A DNA stretch of 63,740 bases, filler included, from Octopus bimaculoides (lineage: Eukaryota): NCBI RefSeq assembly GCF_001194135.2. It is 4 parts of 4 records of this genome, joined end to end, with 100 filler letters (N's around TTAATTAATTAA, not from the genome) between each part and the next. Parts side by side here need not be neighbours in the genome. Positions count along the whole stretch, not along the records: positions 1 to 17,574 come from NC_068993.1; 3 more parts are not named here. One strand, 5' to 3'. The notes under the pieces were generated by a model, which did not search any database, was not told where the DNA came from, and saw nothing but the letters and a program-made list of their open reading frames with translations. This document shows, in pieces, positions 1 to 10,456 of this stretch. Both the position numbers and the translations under genes were made by a program. Numbering within the stretch: the first letter of the stretch is position 1; every line of letters starts with the position of its first letter.

Positions 1-43
<43 letters not shown>

Positions 44-95
44 CATATGTACATACATATGTACATACATATACGTACATATTTATACATATATA
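1..95. repeat. (TA)n/(TACA)n microsatellite
   Basis: Directly visible dinucleotide and tetranucleotide repeats. Confidence 0.95.
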
Positions 96-563
96 AATGA
101 CTCAGAGCGAGAATACAGGTCAGACGAATTTTCTCAAGTCAATAAACTACTGACCAAAACTCATAGACATACAACGCAAGAATACTACTGCTCATAACAC
201 AATACATTGTCCCAACCCTGTACAGCACTCTAGAACGAATGAGCCAAACAATGAATATAGAAATCATAATGTCCTCTGGTACAACCCAAACTGCGGTCCA
301 CATGTTTCAACGAAGATCACTAGGAAATTTTTGCCGCTTTAGAGGAATGTTTTCCTAAATCAAATAGATATCATGCTACTTTTGATGGAGACACAGTGAA
401 GTCATCTTACGTTAACTATTAATTTGGAGCAGAATATGCACCGCATTAATAATAGTAAAATGAAACAACAATAACTCACCTACTGGAACTAGCAAAGATA
501 GTTCTTGAGCAAATGCTCCTGGCCTGTATTCTCGCTCTGAGTCATTTATATATGTATAAATAT
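79..563 (+). mobile_element. Penelope-like element (PLE) fragment bounded by a 41-bp perfect inverted repeat
   Basis: 79-119 is the exact reverse complement of 523-563. The interior translates, with a frameshift, to NVLWYNP..HVSTKITRKFL..EECFPKSNRYH.TFDGDTVKSSY. This resembles the WFNPP..TNIG..FL..FP...NTVKVSY thumb/linker of EN+ PLEs. Confidence 0.7.
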
Positions 564-719
564 ATAAATACAAATATATATTTCAAAATACCAAGAAATG
601 AGATGTAAACCGCAATGAAAAGCACCAGATACTGCAAAATCGTGGTTGTAGAAATGATTGTGATATAGCTAATACGGTAACAATATCGGAAAATCAAGTC
701 AGAACTGCCATATACACAA

Positions 720-1165
720 ATAAACATAATAAATGCCCATGCAGAGAAAAATCAAAATGCCTATTGATGAACTTCCCTATGAGGACAAATCTTGTATATA
801 AATGTACCGTGCTCACAAGGGGAGGGCCGTATGTTCACAGTGAGGCAACGGCTGATTCAGTCAGGAATTGTTATCACAATCATGACGCCAACTTCAAGAA
901 AATCAGTAAGAGACATTCAACACCTGTGGCCGATTTTGCGTGTCGACTTAAGGAAGATAAAATTGCTGATTTTCTTTACACGAATTGAGAAGATACCTTG
1001 CGGAACTATCACTTTAACGAGTTATATCTATTTATCACCCGAAGGCATTCAAAACCATACAATATCAGGAGTCCCTGTCTATTCTGTGGACCAATGAGAA
1101 GATCATTAATAGAATTTCTGAAATACTCTCAAGATGCTTACTAGCATATAAATGCACTTTCGCAC
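720..1165 (+). pseudogene. Degenerate PLE GIY-YIG endonuclease with a CxCx5C linker motif
   Basis: Reads KCPCREKSKCLL..NLVYKCTV..YVHSEAT..CYHNHDANFKK..KRHST..LKEDKI, then after an interruption ESLSILWTNEKIINRISEILSRC. This follows the PLE EN pattern CNCR..CPL..VVYKATV..YIG..HKSSF..LNKRSE..C. Confidence 0.65.
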
Positions 1166-1959
1166 AATGCAGTGAGAATGAATTTGAATAACTGTTAACA
1201 TAATTCACCTTAAGGTATGGATGAATTGAATTTAGCTTTAACTGCCCCATACTTATAAACACGAAGTGGTTATAATTTGCTGTTTTTTTTTTACACGAAA
1301 TGAGAAGATACATTGCTGAACTGTTCTATTAAAGAGTTATATCTATTTATCACCCGAATAGACACATCTGGACTGTCGGATGCTCCTGAACCACCCATGA
1401 GGAATCGATGCTGGATGGTATCTATTTGATTTAGGAAAACATTCCTCTAAATCGGCAAGAAATTTCCTTGCGATCTTCGTTGAAACATGTGAACTGAAGA
1501 TTGGATGGTACCAGAGGACATCATGATTCTTATATTTGTTGTTTGGCTTATTTATTCTAGAGTGTTGCACAGGGTTGGGACAATTTATTGTGTTATGAGC
1601 AATAGAATTTTTATGTTGTGTGTGACTATGAGTTTTGGTCAGTAGTTTATTGCTTTGGCCAATTCTTCCTCGCCTGTATTCTCGATCTGAGCCAATCGCA
1701 TACCGTAACGTTGTATTATTAGTATTGGCTTCATTGCGTGTTTACTTATTTTATTGTATCTGTTATTTTATTATTGATCTTCTATATAAATGAAGCTATA
1801 TCTTTTACTTTGCTGCTTTTCTTTACACGAATTGAGAAGATACATTGCGGAACTATTACTTTAAAGAGTTATATCTATTTATCACCCGAAGAGACGCATC
1901 TGCACCGTCGGATGCTCCTGAACCTGTTATTGAGTATCCAACCAAGAGGGATCGATGCT
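963..1959 (+). repeat. Three dispersed direct copies of an 80-150 bp module (963-1044, 1277-1412, 1810-1959)
   Basis: Shared core TTACACGAATTGAGAAGATAC..GAGTTATATCTATTTATCACCCGAA. Copies 2 and 3 also share GTCGGATGCTCCTGAACC. Confidence 0.85.
1411..1692 (-). mobile_element. Inverted second copy of the PLE fragment at ~98-376
   Basis: The reverse complement aligns along its length with 98-376. ORF 1343-1570 reads DVLWYHPIFSSHVSTKIARKFLADLEECFPKSNRYH. Confidence 0.75.
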
Positions 1960-2105
1960 AGATTGTTGAAACAATTGTAGGGATTAATAAAAATTCTCTT
2001 ATCTTCTATCTTTCGCCTCTCATTAACCAAATACATAACGAACACTATGAAAGTGACCGTGCTTTAACAGTAAGCTGCCAAGTATAAACCGTTCATTTTA
2101 TTACC

Positions 2106-2141
<36 letters not shown>

Positions 2142-2145
<4 letters not shown>

Positions 2146-3111
2146 GCAAGGAAAACTAATACAAATAGCCACAAAACACGAGCAAAGCAAAAAACTGTTT
2201 TCAGTATTTAAGGAAGCTGAGAAATAAAAACAAGAAATCATACTACCTAACAAATATGAAGAAGAAGAAGAAGAAACAACAAAAGCTATAAAACAAATGA
2301 AATCCAAACTAAAACTAGAACAACAACGAACCATGAAAAAACGATGGCAAGAAAAGCCCCTACATGGTAAATACTGGGCTAAACTAAATGCAAAAGAAAT
2401 AGACAGAGAAAAATCCCAGCAATGGTTGNNNNNNNNNNNNNNNNNNNNNNNNNNNNNNNNNNNNNNNNNNNNNNNNNNNNNNNNNNNNNNNNNNNNNNNN
2501 NNNNNNNNNNNNNNNNNNNNNNNNNNNNNNNNNNNNNNNNNNNNNNNNNNNNNNNNNNNNNNNNNNNNNNNNNNNNNNNNNNNNNNNNNNNNNNNNNNNN
2601 NNNNNNNNNNNNNNNNNNNNNNNNNNNNNNNNNNNNNNNNNNNNNNNNNNNNNNNNNNNNNNNNNNNNNNNNNNNNNNNNNNNNNNNNNNNNNNNNNNNN
2701 NNNNNNNNNNNNNNNNNNNNNNNNNNNNNNNNNNNNNNNNNNNTGATGTATCAATACCAGCAGATGACAACGTTTCCCTAAAAGAAATGGAAAAACTTTC
2801 AAAATGCAAAGACCTGGAAATAGAGGTAACTCGAATGTGGAATCTAAAAACAGAAACAATTCCTATCATAGTAGGTGCCTTAGGTATAATAAAAACATAT
2901 TCAGACAAATACATAACAAAAACACCAGGACTTACAAATATATATAACATACAAAAAATTGCACTACTGGGCACTGCACACATCCTACACAAAACACTTT
3001 CAATACAGTAACCATAAGAGCATCACAGCAAACCACAGCACATACCCAAGGCGCACAGAGCTGCGCTCGGTAATAAAGTGAAAGCACGTTATAAAAATAA
3101 AACTACTGAAC
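2142..3111 (+). mobile_element. R4/Dong-type non-LTR retrotransposon, 5'-truncated copy A (contains a gap)
   Basis: Contains KKRWQEKPLHGKYW..IDREKSQQWL and the REL endonuclease C-terminus KEMEKLSKCKDL..MWNLKTETIPIIVGALG..QKIALLGTAHIL, followed by a 3' UTR. Flanked by (AAT)n at 2108-2141 and 3111-3126. Confidence 0.85.
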
Positions 3112-3126
3112 AATAATAATAATAAT

Positions 3127-4120
3127 GAGGATACATATACCTTGGTGTACTGGAGTTCAACAAGATAATAGAAAAGGAAATAAAAGAGCAACTGAGAATG
3201 GAGTATTTCCGAAGACTGAAGTTGGTGCTGCGCTCAAAATTGACCGGAGGAATAAAATTCGAGCAGTCAATACGTGGACGATAGCATCACTTCGGTATGG
3301 AGCGGGAATTATAAAATGGCAAAAGAGAGATATTAAGAAAATGGATACCAAGACCAGAAAAATGTTGACAGTACATGGAACCTTCCACCCTAAGAGTGAC
3401 ATCGATAGGCTGTACTTGTCCAGAAGAAAGGGTGGGAGAGGTTTGACTGTATCGAAGCAGAGGAAAACAGCGTAGAGTGGTATACAAAAAATGCCGTGGA
3501 GCACTGTTGAAACACACGAAGAAGGCCGGCGTCATCAAAACTGAAAATTGTGTAACTAAAGAAAAATTTAAACAAGAAATGAACAAAAGAAAATGCATGG
3601 AAAGAAAAGAAAATGTACGGTCAGTTTGCAAGAGATGTGAACGCCAAGACAGATAGAGAGGACCATTGGCTATGGATGCGGAGGAGTGACTTAAAGAAGC
3701 ACTCATATGTGCAGCTCAGGAACAAGCGTTAAGCACCAACTACATGAAGTGCAGAATGGATAACACTACCGATAGCGACAAATGCAGAATGTGTAGCGAG
3801 AGGGGTGAAACGGTATGGCACATCATTAGCGAATGCGCGAAATTGGCACAACGCGAATACTATAGACGCCATGACAGTGTGGCAAGAATGATCCATTAGG
3901 AATTCTGTGGAAATCACGGCCTACAAAGAGCAAAGACCTGGTATGAGCAAACTCCAAAAGGAGCCACCGAAAATGAGAATTGCAAAATCCTGTGGTATGC
4001 AGATCCAGTGCGATCGATCACCCGACCAGACATCGGAAACCGGACATTGTTGTGGTGAATAAAAAAGAAAGAACATGTATGATAATCGACATCGTATGCC
4101 CCGGTGACAATAGAATCAAT
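3127..4120 (+). mobile_element. R4/Dong-type copy B (RT thumb, CCHC, start of REL), frameshifted
   Basis: YLGV..NKIRAVNTW..LRYGAGIIKW..HPKSDIDRLYLSRRKGGRGL, then CRMCSERGETVWHIISEC..RRHDSVA, then RKPDIVVVNKKERTCMIIDIVCPGD. Confidence 0.85.
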
Positions 4121-5687
4121 GTAATGATTCTTAAAAGGGGAAAAGTCAGTAAAAGTCACGGGATCAAGCTGGAAAGTGGTAAAACTGTAAGGGAAGTCGG
4201 AGAGGAAGGATACAAGTACCTGGGTATCACTGAAAGAGATAAGATGAATGAACACAAGATGAAAGAAATGTACAGAAAAGGGTATTTGAGAACTCGGCTT
4301 GTGCTCCAATCGAAGCTAAATGGCCGCTATAAGATTAAAGCAATTAACACGTGGGTGGTTGCTCTGATGAGATATGTGGCAGGAATAGTATCTTGGAAGA
4401 AGCATGAATTACAAGAGATAGACCGGAGAACACGTAAATTAATGACAATGAACAAGGAACTACACCCCAAGAGTGATATGTCGAGATTGTATTTAAAGAG
4501 GAGGGAAGGAGGACGGGGATTAGTGTGTTGTGAAGTTTGTATAAGGGAAGAAGAGAATAGCCTGGCTTGGTATTTCAAGGGGAGTAAAGAAGAAATGATT
4601 GAAGTAGTGAAAATGCAGCGCACCTTAAAAGTGAACGAAGCCGTAGATTCAATACAATTTAAGAAAGACCAGACAGAGAGCAGATGAAGAAAATTTGGCA
4701 GAACAAGAAAATGCACAGTCATTTCTTGAAGAGTAAAGATGAGATTGATTGGAATAGAACCTGTCAATGGCTGCATAAAAGAGACTTAAGAGGGCCCATT
4801 GAGGCATTAGTGTGTAGCGCTCAAGAACAAACTCTCAGAACAAACTACTCCAAATATCACATTGATAAAAGTAATGACTCGTCACACTGCAGGGTGTGCT
4901 CTGAGAAGGGAGAAAGTATAAGCCATATTGTTACTGAGTGCTGTAAGCTCGCACAACGCGAATATAAAAGGAGACACAATAATGTAGCCAAATATGTCCA
5001 CTGGCTGTTGTGTGATAAAGCAAACCTCGAGAGAGTCGAACAATGGTATGAACACAAGCCAGAGGGAGTAATGGAGAACAAACATTGCAAAATACCCTAG
5101 GATTTTAACATGCGGTGCAACCAAGTCATAGAGGCGAGACGACAAGATATCGTGCTCATCCATAAATATGAAAAAGAAGCAAAGATAATAGATGTTTCAA
5201 TACCAGGCGATTCAAGGGTGAAATGTAAAAAAACAGAAAAGATTGAGAAATACCAGCCACTGCGGGACGAGACAGGAAAGTTATAGGGCATGAGAAAAGT
5301 AATGGTGATACCGGTGGTAACTGGAGCATTAGGAGCAGTTTCCAAGGGCTTTGAAAAACATATTAAGGATATTGGAGCTGCTCTCAGGCTCAAAGTGATC
5401 CAAAAGACAACATTGTTGGGTACAGGTCGCATTGTCGTCGTTGTTACTATGAAAGACTCTCGGATAGTTCTTAATTACCGGTTATTCTTTACTCGAAAGC
5501 AGGCAATAACAAATCACCAAAGGTTTCAAGTAGTGCCTTCTCCTGTGACTCAAAGAGAATTGTCTCTTTGAGTCACAGGAGAAGGCACTACTTGAAACCT
5601 TTGGTGATTTGTTATTGCCTGCTTTCGAGTAAAGAATAACCGGTAATTAAGAACTATCCGAGAGTCTTTCATAGTAACAACGACGAC
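4121..5687 (+). mobile_element. R4/Dong-type copy C with a fold-back at its 3' end
   Basis: VMILKRGK..YKYLGI..KIKAINTW..RLYLKRREGGRGL, then CRVCSEKGESISHIVTEC..KRRHNNVA, then RRQDIVL..IIDVSIPGD..VIPVVTGALG..TTLLGTGRI. Followed by a compound trinucleotide tail at 5688-5830. Confidence 0.85.
5434..5687. repeat. Perfect palindrome with 125-bp arms and a 4-nt loop
   Basis: 5434-5558 is the exact reverse complement of 5563-5687; the loop is ATTG. Confidence 0.95.
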
Positions 5688-5742
5688 GATGACGACGACG
5701 ACGACTACAACAACAACAACAACAACAATAATAATAATAATA

Positions 5743-5830
<88 letters not shown>
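5688..5830. repeat. Compound microsatellite (GAC)(AAC)(AAT)(GAT)(AAT)n
   Basis: Directly visible. Confidence 0.95.
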
Positions 5831-5832
<2 letters not shown>

Positions 5833-7691
5833 TGTGAACTGTACAGATACTTGGAAAAAAGTGGGCTGCTACCCGTTGAGCAGAAAGGGTGCCGAAAAAG
5901 GAGCTGGGGAACGAAGAATCAGCTCTAATTGATAATCTAATTATCAAGAACTGCAAGAGAAGACACACAAACTTGAGTATGGCTTGGGCTGACTATGGCA
6001 AAGCATATGATAGAATATGAGAAGGCTTATATGGAATACTGGAGAACGGAATTGACAGCAGGGAAGCAAGTACTAGGAGAGGTTAAAATCAAGAGAGGAC
6101 TCTTCCAGGGGGACAGTGTGTCCCCACTGATATTCGTGTTGGGAATGATCTCCTTGAGCAAAATACTACAGAAAACAAACTTGGGGTATGATCTGGGAAG
6201 AGGTAAGGGAAAACTAAACCACTTGCTATTCATGGACAACCTGAAGCTATTCACAAAAACTGAGGCAGCCTAGTCCAGTCTGAGCGGATTTTCTCCAATG
6301 ATATTAAGATGGAGTTTGGAATCTCAAGATGTGCTACGATGGTGATGAGACGAGGAAAGCTGGCCAGGACAGAAGGCATATGGTTGCCAAGTGGTGAAAT
6401 GATGAAGACAATTCAACCTCAATCCAGTTATAAATACCAGGGAATACTTGAGACAGATGGAATCAAACACAATGACATGAAGGAAAAGATGAAAAGAGTG
6501 TACCAGCGGCGAAGGAGAAAAATATTGGCTTCAAAGCTGAATGCTAGAAACATAATTTCGGCAATAAACTCGCGCGCAGTCGCAGTAGTTCGGTATGGCG
6601 CTGGAATCCTGACGCGGACAGGGGAGGAGCTAAAGGAATTGGAGAGGACATCAAGAAAAGTCATAACAATGCATGGAGTCCCCATCACCCACGTGATGAG
6701 ATTGATAACCTATATATGAAGAGAACAAATGGAGGAAGGGGACTGATAAGTGTGGAAGACTGCGTGCGTATTGAACTCGAGAGCTTAATGAAATATCTAG
6801 CCCAAATAAGGAAACCTTGCTAGTGACAGTTAGGAACGAGGGAGTATTGAGCAGAGAAAAAAGGGAAAACAAGGGAAGTACAAAAAAGGGCATGAAGAAG
6901 AATTACGCAACAAGGGACTACACAATGAATTCCATGTAGTCACAACAGAAGTTGCTAGAAAAAAATAGGTGGGATTGACTGATGAAAGGAATCCTAAAAA
7001 AAGAGACCGCAGAACCAAGCTCTGGCCACGAAATGGAGGGTCAACCTGAGGAATGAGAAAGTGTCTCCGCTTTGCCACATTGTCCATATCACGAGCGAAT
7101 GCCCTAGTCTTGCCCCAAGTCACTACTAGTTGTGGCGACACGACCAGGTAGCGAAAGTGCTACATTGGAAACTGTGCGAAAAGTGGAGGTTAGAGAGAGG
7201 CAAGACGTGGTATGTGCACAAACCGCAGAAAGAGGCAGGGTCGGAGACTAGCAAAATCCTCTGGGATTTCCCAATGGAGCTAGAGCATAGCAGACCGGAT
7301 CTGTGGTTGTGGACAAGGAGCACCACATATGCTATACAGTTGACGTTGCATGCCCCTTTGACCCACGAATAGTCAAGAAGGATAGATGCAACCCTCTCAA
7401 GTATGAAATAACCCGCCAATGGAAAATAAAGAAGGTGAATATAGTGCCAATTAGTGTTGGGTCCTTGGGAACAGTGTCAGAAGGCATCAAGAGGAATATA
7501 AAGGAAATTTGAATAAAGTGCCTAGCAGAACTGTTACAAAAGGTTTGCCTCCTTGGCACGGCCAAAGTAATCAGGTAAGTATTAGATAGCTAAAAAGAAC
7601 GAATAGCATGGTACCGTAGGCTGCTGGTAGTAAAGCCGCTACTTATGCAAACCCCAGGAATTCCAACAAAACCTGTGATAAAGAGGAAAAA
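5831..7691 (+). mobile_element. R4/Dong-type copy D (RT core to 3' UTR), degenerate
   Basis: LLPVEQKGCRK..LIDN..AWADYGKAYD, then RGLFQGDSVSPLIF..LNHLLFMDN (decayed RT catalytic box), RHDQVAKVLHWKLC, DVACPFD and VPISVGSLG..LLGTAKVI. Confidence 0.88.
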
Positions 7692-8242
7692 AATAATATC
7701 ATTGGTTTAGCATGCATAAAAATAACTTATAACGGTATAAAATATCAATTAATAATTAAGGGTACTAGCAAGCAGTACCAGCATGCGGACATAGCAGTCA
7801 AATTGACCAAACCACAAGTTATCACTAAACACAAAGGTGAAATCGTGTAAATGAATAAAGACCCTAAGAACTCCATCTCAATAACGTACAAAATCGAAAA
7901 TTGAAAGCCAGACATACCCGGATTACCTGTGACCCTTGAGATGAATGAATCTTGTAACCCTGCGTCAATGATGCTCGCTGATGAGAACGAACAGTTCGAA
8001 ATCACAGGTGATCCGGGTATGTCTGGCTTTCAATTTTCGATTTTTTTTCGTTATTGGGATGGAGTTCTTAATGTCTTAATTCATTTAAACGATTTCGCCT
8101 TTTTATTGAGTGATAACTTGTGGTCTGGTCAGTTTGACTTCTATGTCAATATGCTGGTACTGCTTGCTAGTACCCTTAATTATTAATTGATATTTTATAC
8201 CGTTATAGATTTTTTACGCATGCTGAAACCACTGATATTATT
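7692..8242. mobile_element. Fold-back element with ~240-bp imperfect inverted arms around a hammerhead ribozyme (probable PLE pLTR derivative)
   Basis: 7692-7932 aligns as the reverse complement of 8002-8242. Exact blocks include TATAACGGTATAAAATATCAATTAATAATTAAGGGTACTAGCAAGCAGTACCAGCAT. The spacer is 69 nt. Confidence 0.75.
7971..8020 (+). ncRNA. Type I hammerhead ribozyme
   Basis: Stem I is AUGCUCG/CGGGUAU (7 bp, 2 GU) and the core is CUGAUGA (7978-7984). Stem II is GAAC-gaaca-GUUC, followed by GAA and stem III AUCA-cagg-UGAU. The cleavage triplet is AUC, cutting after C8013. All core nucleotides are canonical. Confidence 0.88.
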
Positions 8243-10336
8243 ATAAATAATNNNNNNNNNNNNNNNNNNNNNNNNNNNNNNNNNNNNNNNNNNNNNNNNN
8301 NNNNNNNNNNNNNNNNNNNNNNNNNNNNNNNNNNNNNNNNNNNNNNNNNNNNNNNNNNNNNNNNNNNNNNNNNNNNNNNNNNNNNNNNNNNNNNNNNNNN
8401 NNNNNNNNNNNNNNNNNNNNNNNNNNNNNNNNNNNNNNNNNNNNNNNNNNNNNNNNNNNNNNNNNNNNNNNNNNNNNNNNNNNNNNNNNNNNNNNNNNNN
8501 NNNNNNNNNNNNNNNNNNNNNNNNNNNNNNNNNNNNNNNNNNNNNNNNNNNNNNNNNNNNNNNNNNNNNNNNNNNNNNNNNNNNNNNNNNNNNNNNNNNN
8601 NNNNNNNNNNNNNNNNNNNNNNNNNNNNNNNNNNNNNNNNNNNNNNNNNNNNNNNNNNNNNNNNNNNNNNNNNNNNNNNNNNNNNNNNNNNNNNNNNNNN
8701 NNNNNNNNNNNNNNNNNNNNNNNCCACTGTCACATATAGAAAAATTAATAATTAAAAGCACAATAAATAAGTATAATATAATACAAAGTAAATATCATAA
8801 GATCAAGATAATAAAATGACTACACGTGTTTCATAACCAATTTTCAAATAGAAAGAAATTTAAATCGATTAAAATCGATTACAACTTTCGAAAATCAATT
8901 CTATTCAAAAATAGAGCTAATCTTCAGGTCAAAATACAACAATAATAATAAATGAATGTATATATCAACCAACAATAAATAGCAAATGAATGTATATAAA
9001 ATACTTATTATATAAACATAGGAAAATATTAAAATATCAAAATGATAAACATTCCATAATCAACCCTACATCCATTATAGAATAATCTAACAGGTATATT
9101 ATATACAAAAACCAACTAAACAAATTTTTTCGTTTAAAATACAATTTGAACGAAGTTTAAGGTTAAAATAATAAAGATATTACTAGCACATATTTAAACG
9201 ATGCAATAGTTTAAGCTAGACTATTTATGACTAAAAACATTTATTTATAAGATCTCTAGTGAAAATATTCCGTATAGTATAGGAAATTAATATAAAAAGA
9301 CTAGGTATTAATCACATAAAACAGTATTAATCGAAAATATTTCAACCCTAATCAAATCGAAGTGTTATTTTAGGCTAATATGGTACTCTAATTTCAAAAT
9401 AATTTAGTGTTAAATGAGGTATCGATTAAAATTATCATTAAAAATCAATTGAATAATAAAAAATACAAGAATATTTATTTATTCCAAACAATGATATAAA
9501 ATCGTAAACAAAGTAAAAAATATACTAATCAAAATGTTATAGTTCAAACTGAAACTTAGACGTAAAAGTCAGAACTCGAGGTTAATTAGAAATAAAAATA
9601 TGAATGAAAAAATTATTATGAATGAAATATTAAGCNNNNNNNNNNNNNNNNNNNNNNNNNNNNNNNNNNNNNNNNNNNNNNNNNNNNNNNNNNNNNNNNN
9701 NNNNNNNNNNNNNNNNNNNNNNNNNNNNNNNNNNNNNNNNNNNNNNNNNNNNNNNNNNNNNNNNNNNNNNNNNNNNNNNNNNNNNNNNNNNNNNNNNNNN
9801 NNNNNNNNNNNNNNNNNNNNNNNNNNNNNNNNNNNNNNNNNNNNNNNNNNNNNNNNNNNNNNNNNNNNNNNNNNNNNNNNNNNNNNNNNNNNNNNNNNNN
9901 NNNNNNNNNNNNNNNNNNNNNNNNNNNNNNNNNNNNNNNNNNNNNNNNNNNNNNNNNNNNNNNNNNNNNNNNNNNNNNNNNNNNNNNNNNNNNNNNNNNN
10001 NNNNNNNNNNNNNNNNNNNNNNNNNNNNNNNNNNNNNNNNNNNNNNNNNNNNNNNNNNNNNNNNNNNNNNNNNNNNNNNNNNNNNNNNNNNNNNNNNNNN
10101 NNNNNNNNNNNNNNNNNNNNNNNNNNNNNNNNNNNNNNNNNNNNNNNNNNNNNNNNNNNNNNNNNNNNNNNNNNNNNNNNNNNNNNNNNNNNNNNNNNNN
10201 NNNNNNNNNNNNNNNNNNNATTTTACAATCCTGTAAATAATAATAGTGGTATTTTTATATAAGCTTAAAGCTCATGGCAATCACCGTGCAATGACTAAGG
10301 AAAATAGTTTAATAATGGGGCATATAAGCCCTCGAC

Positions 10337-10456
10337 AGAAGTTAAGGAGATAGACAAAGAACATGCTGCCTTCACTCCAGCATAGAAGCTAGATACCTTA
10401 GTAGCTTCTATGCTGGAGTGAAGGCAGCTTGTTCTTTGTCTATCTCCTTAACTTCT
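10337..10456. repeat. Near-perfect hairpin with 55-bp arms and a 10-nt loop
   Basis: 10337-10391 pairs with 10402-10456 with one mismatch. Confidence 0.92.

Noticed and set aside
4361-4400. Other CTGANGA motifs (about 4364, 6979, 18543, 34529, 60264, and minus strand near 8925 and 16315)
   Set aside because: None has a closing stem II plus GAAA, stem III and stem I, so they are not hammerheads.
8760-9635. Mitochondrial insertion (NUMT)
   Set aside because: No recognisable mitochondrial rRNA, tRNA or protein motif was found. Kept only as an unexplained island.
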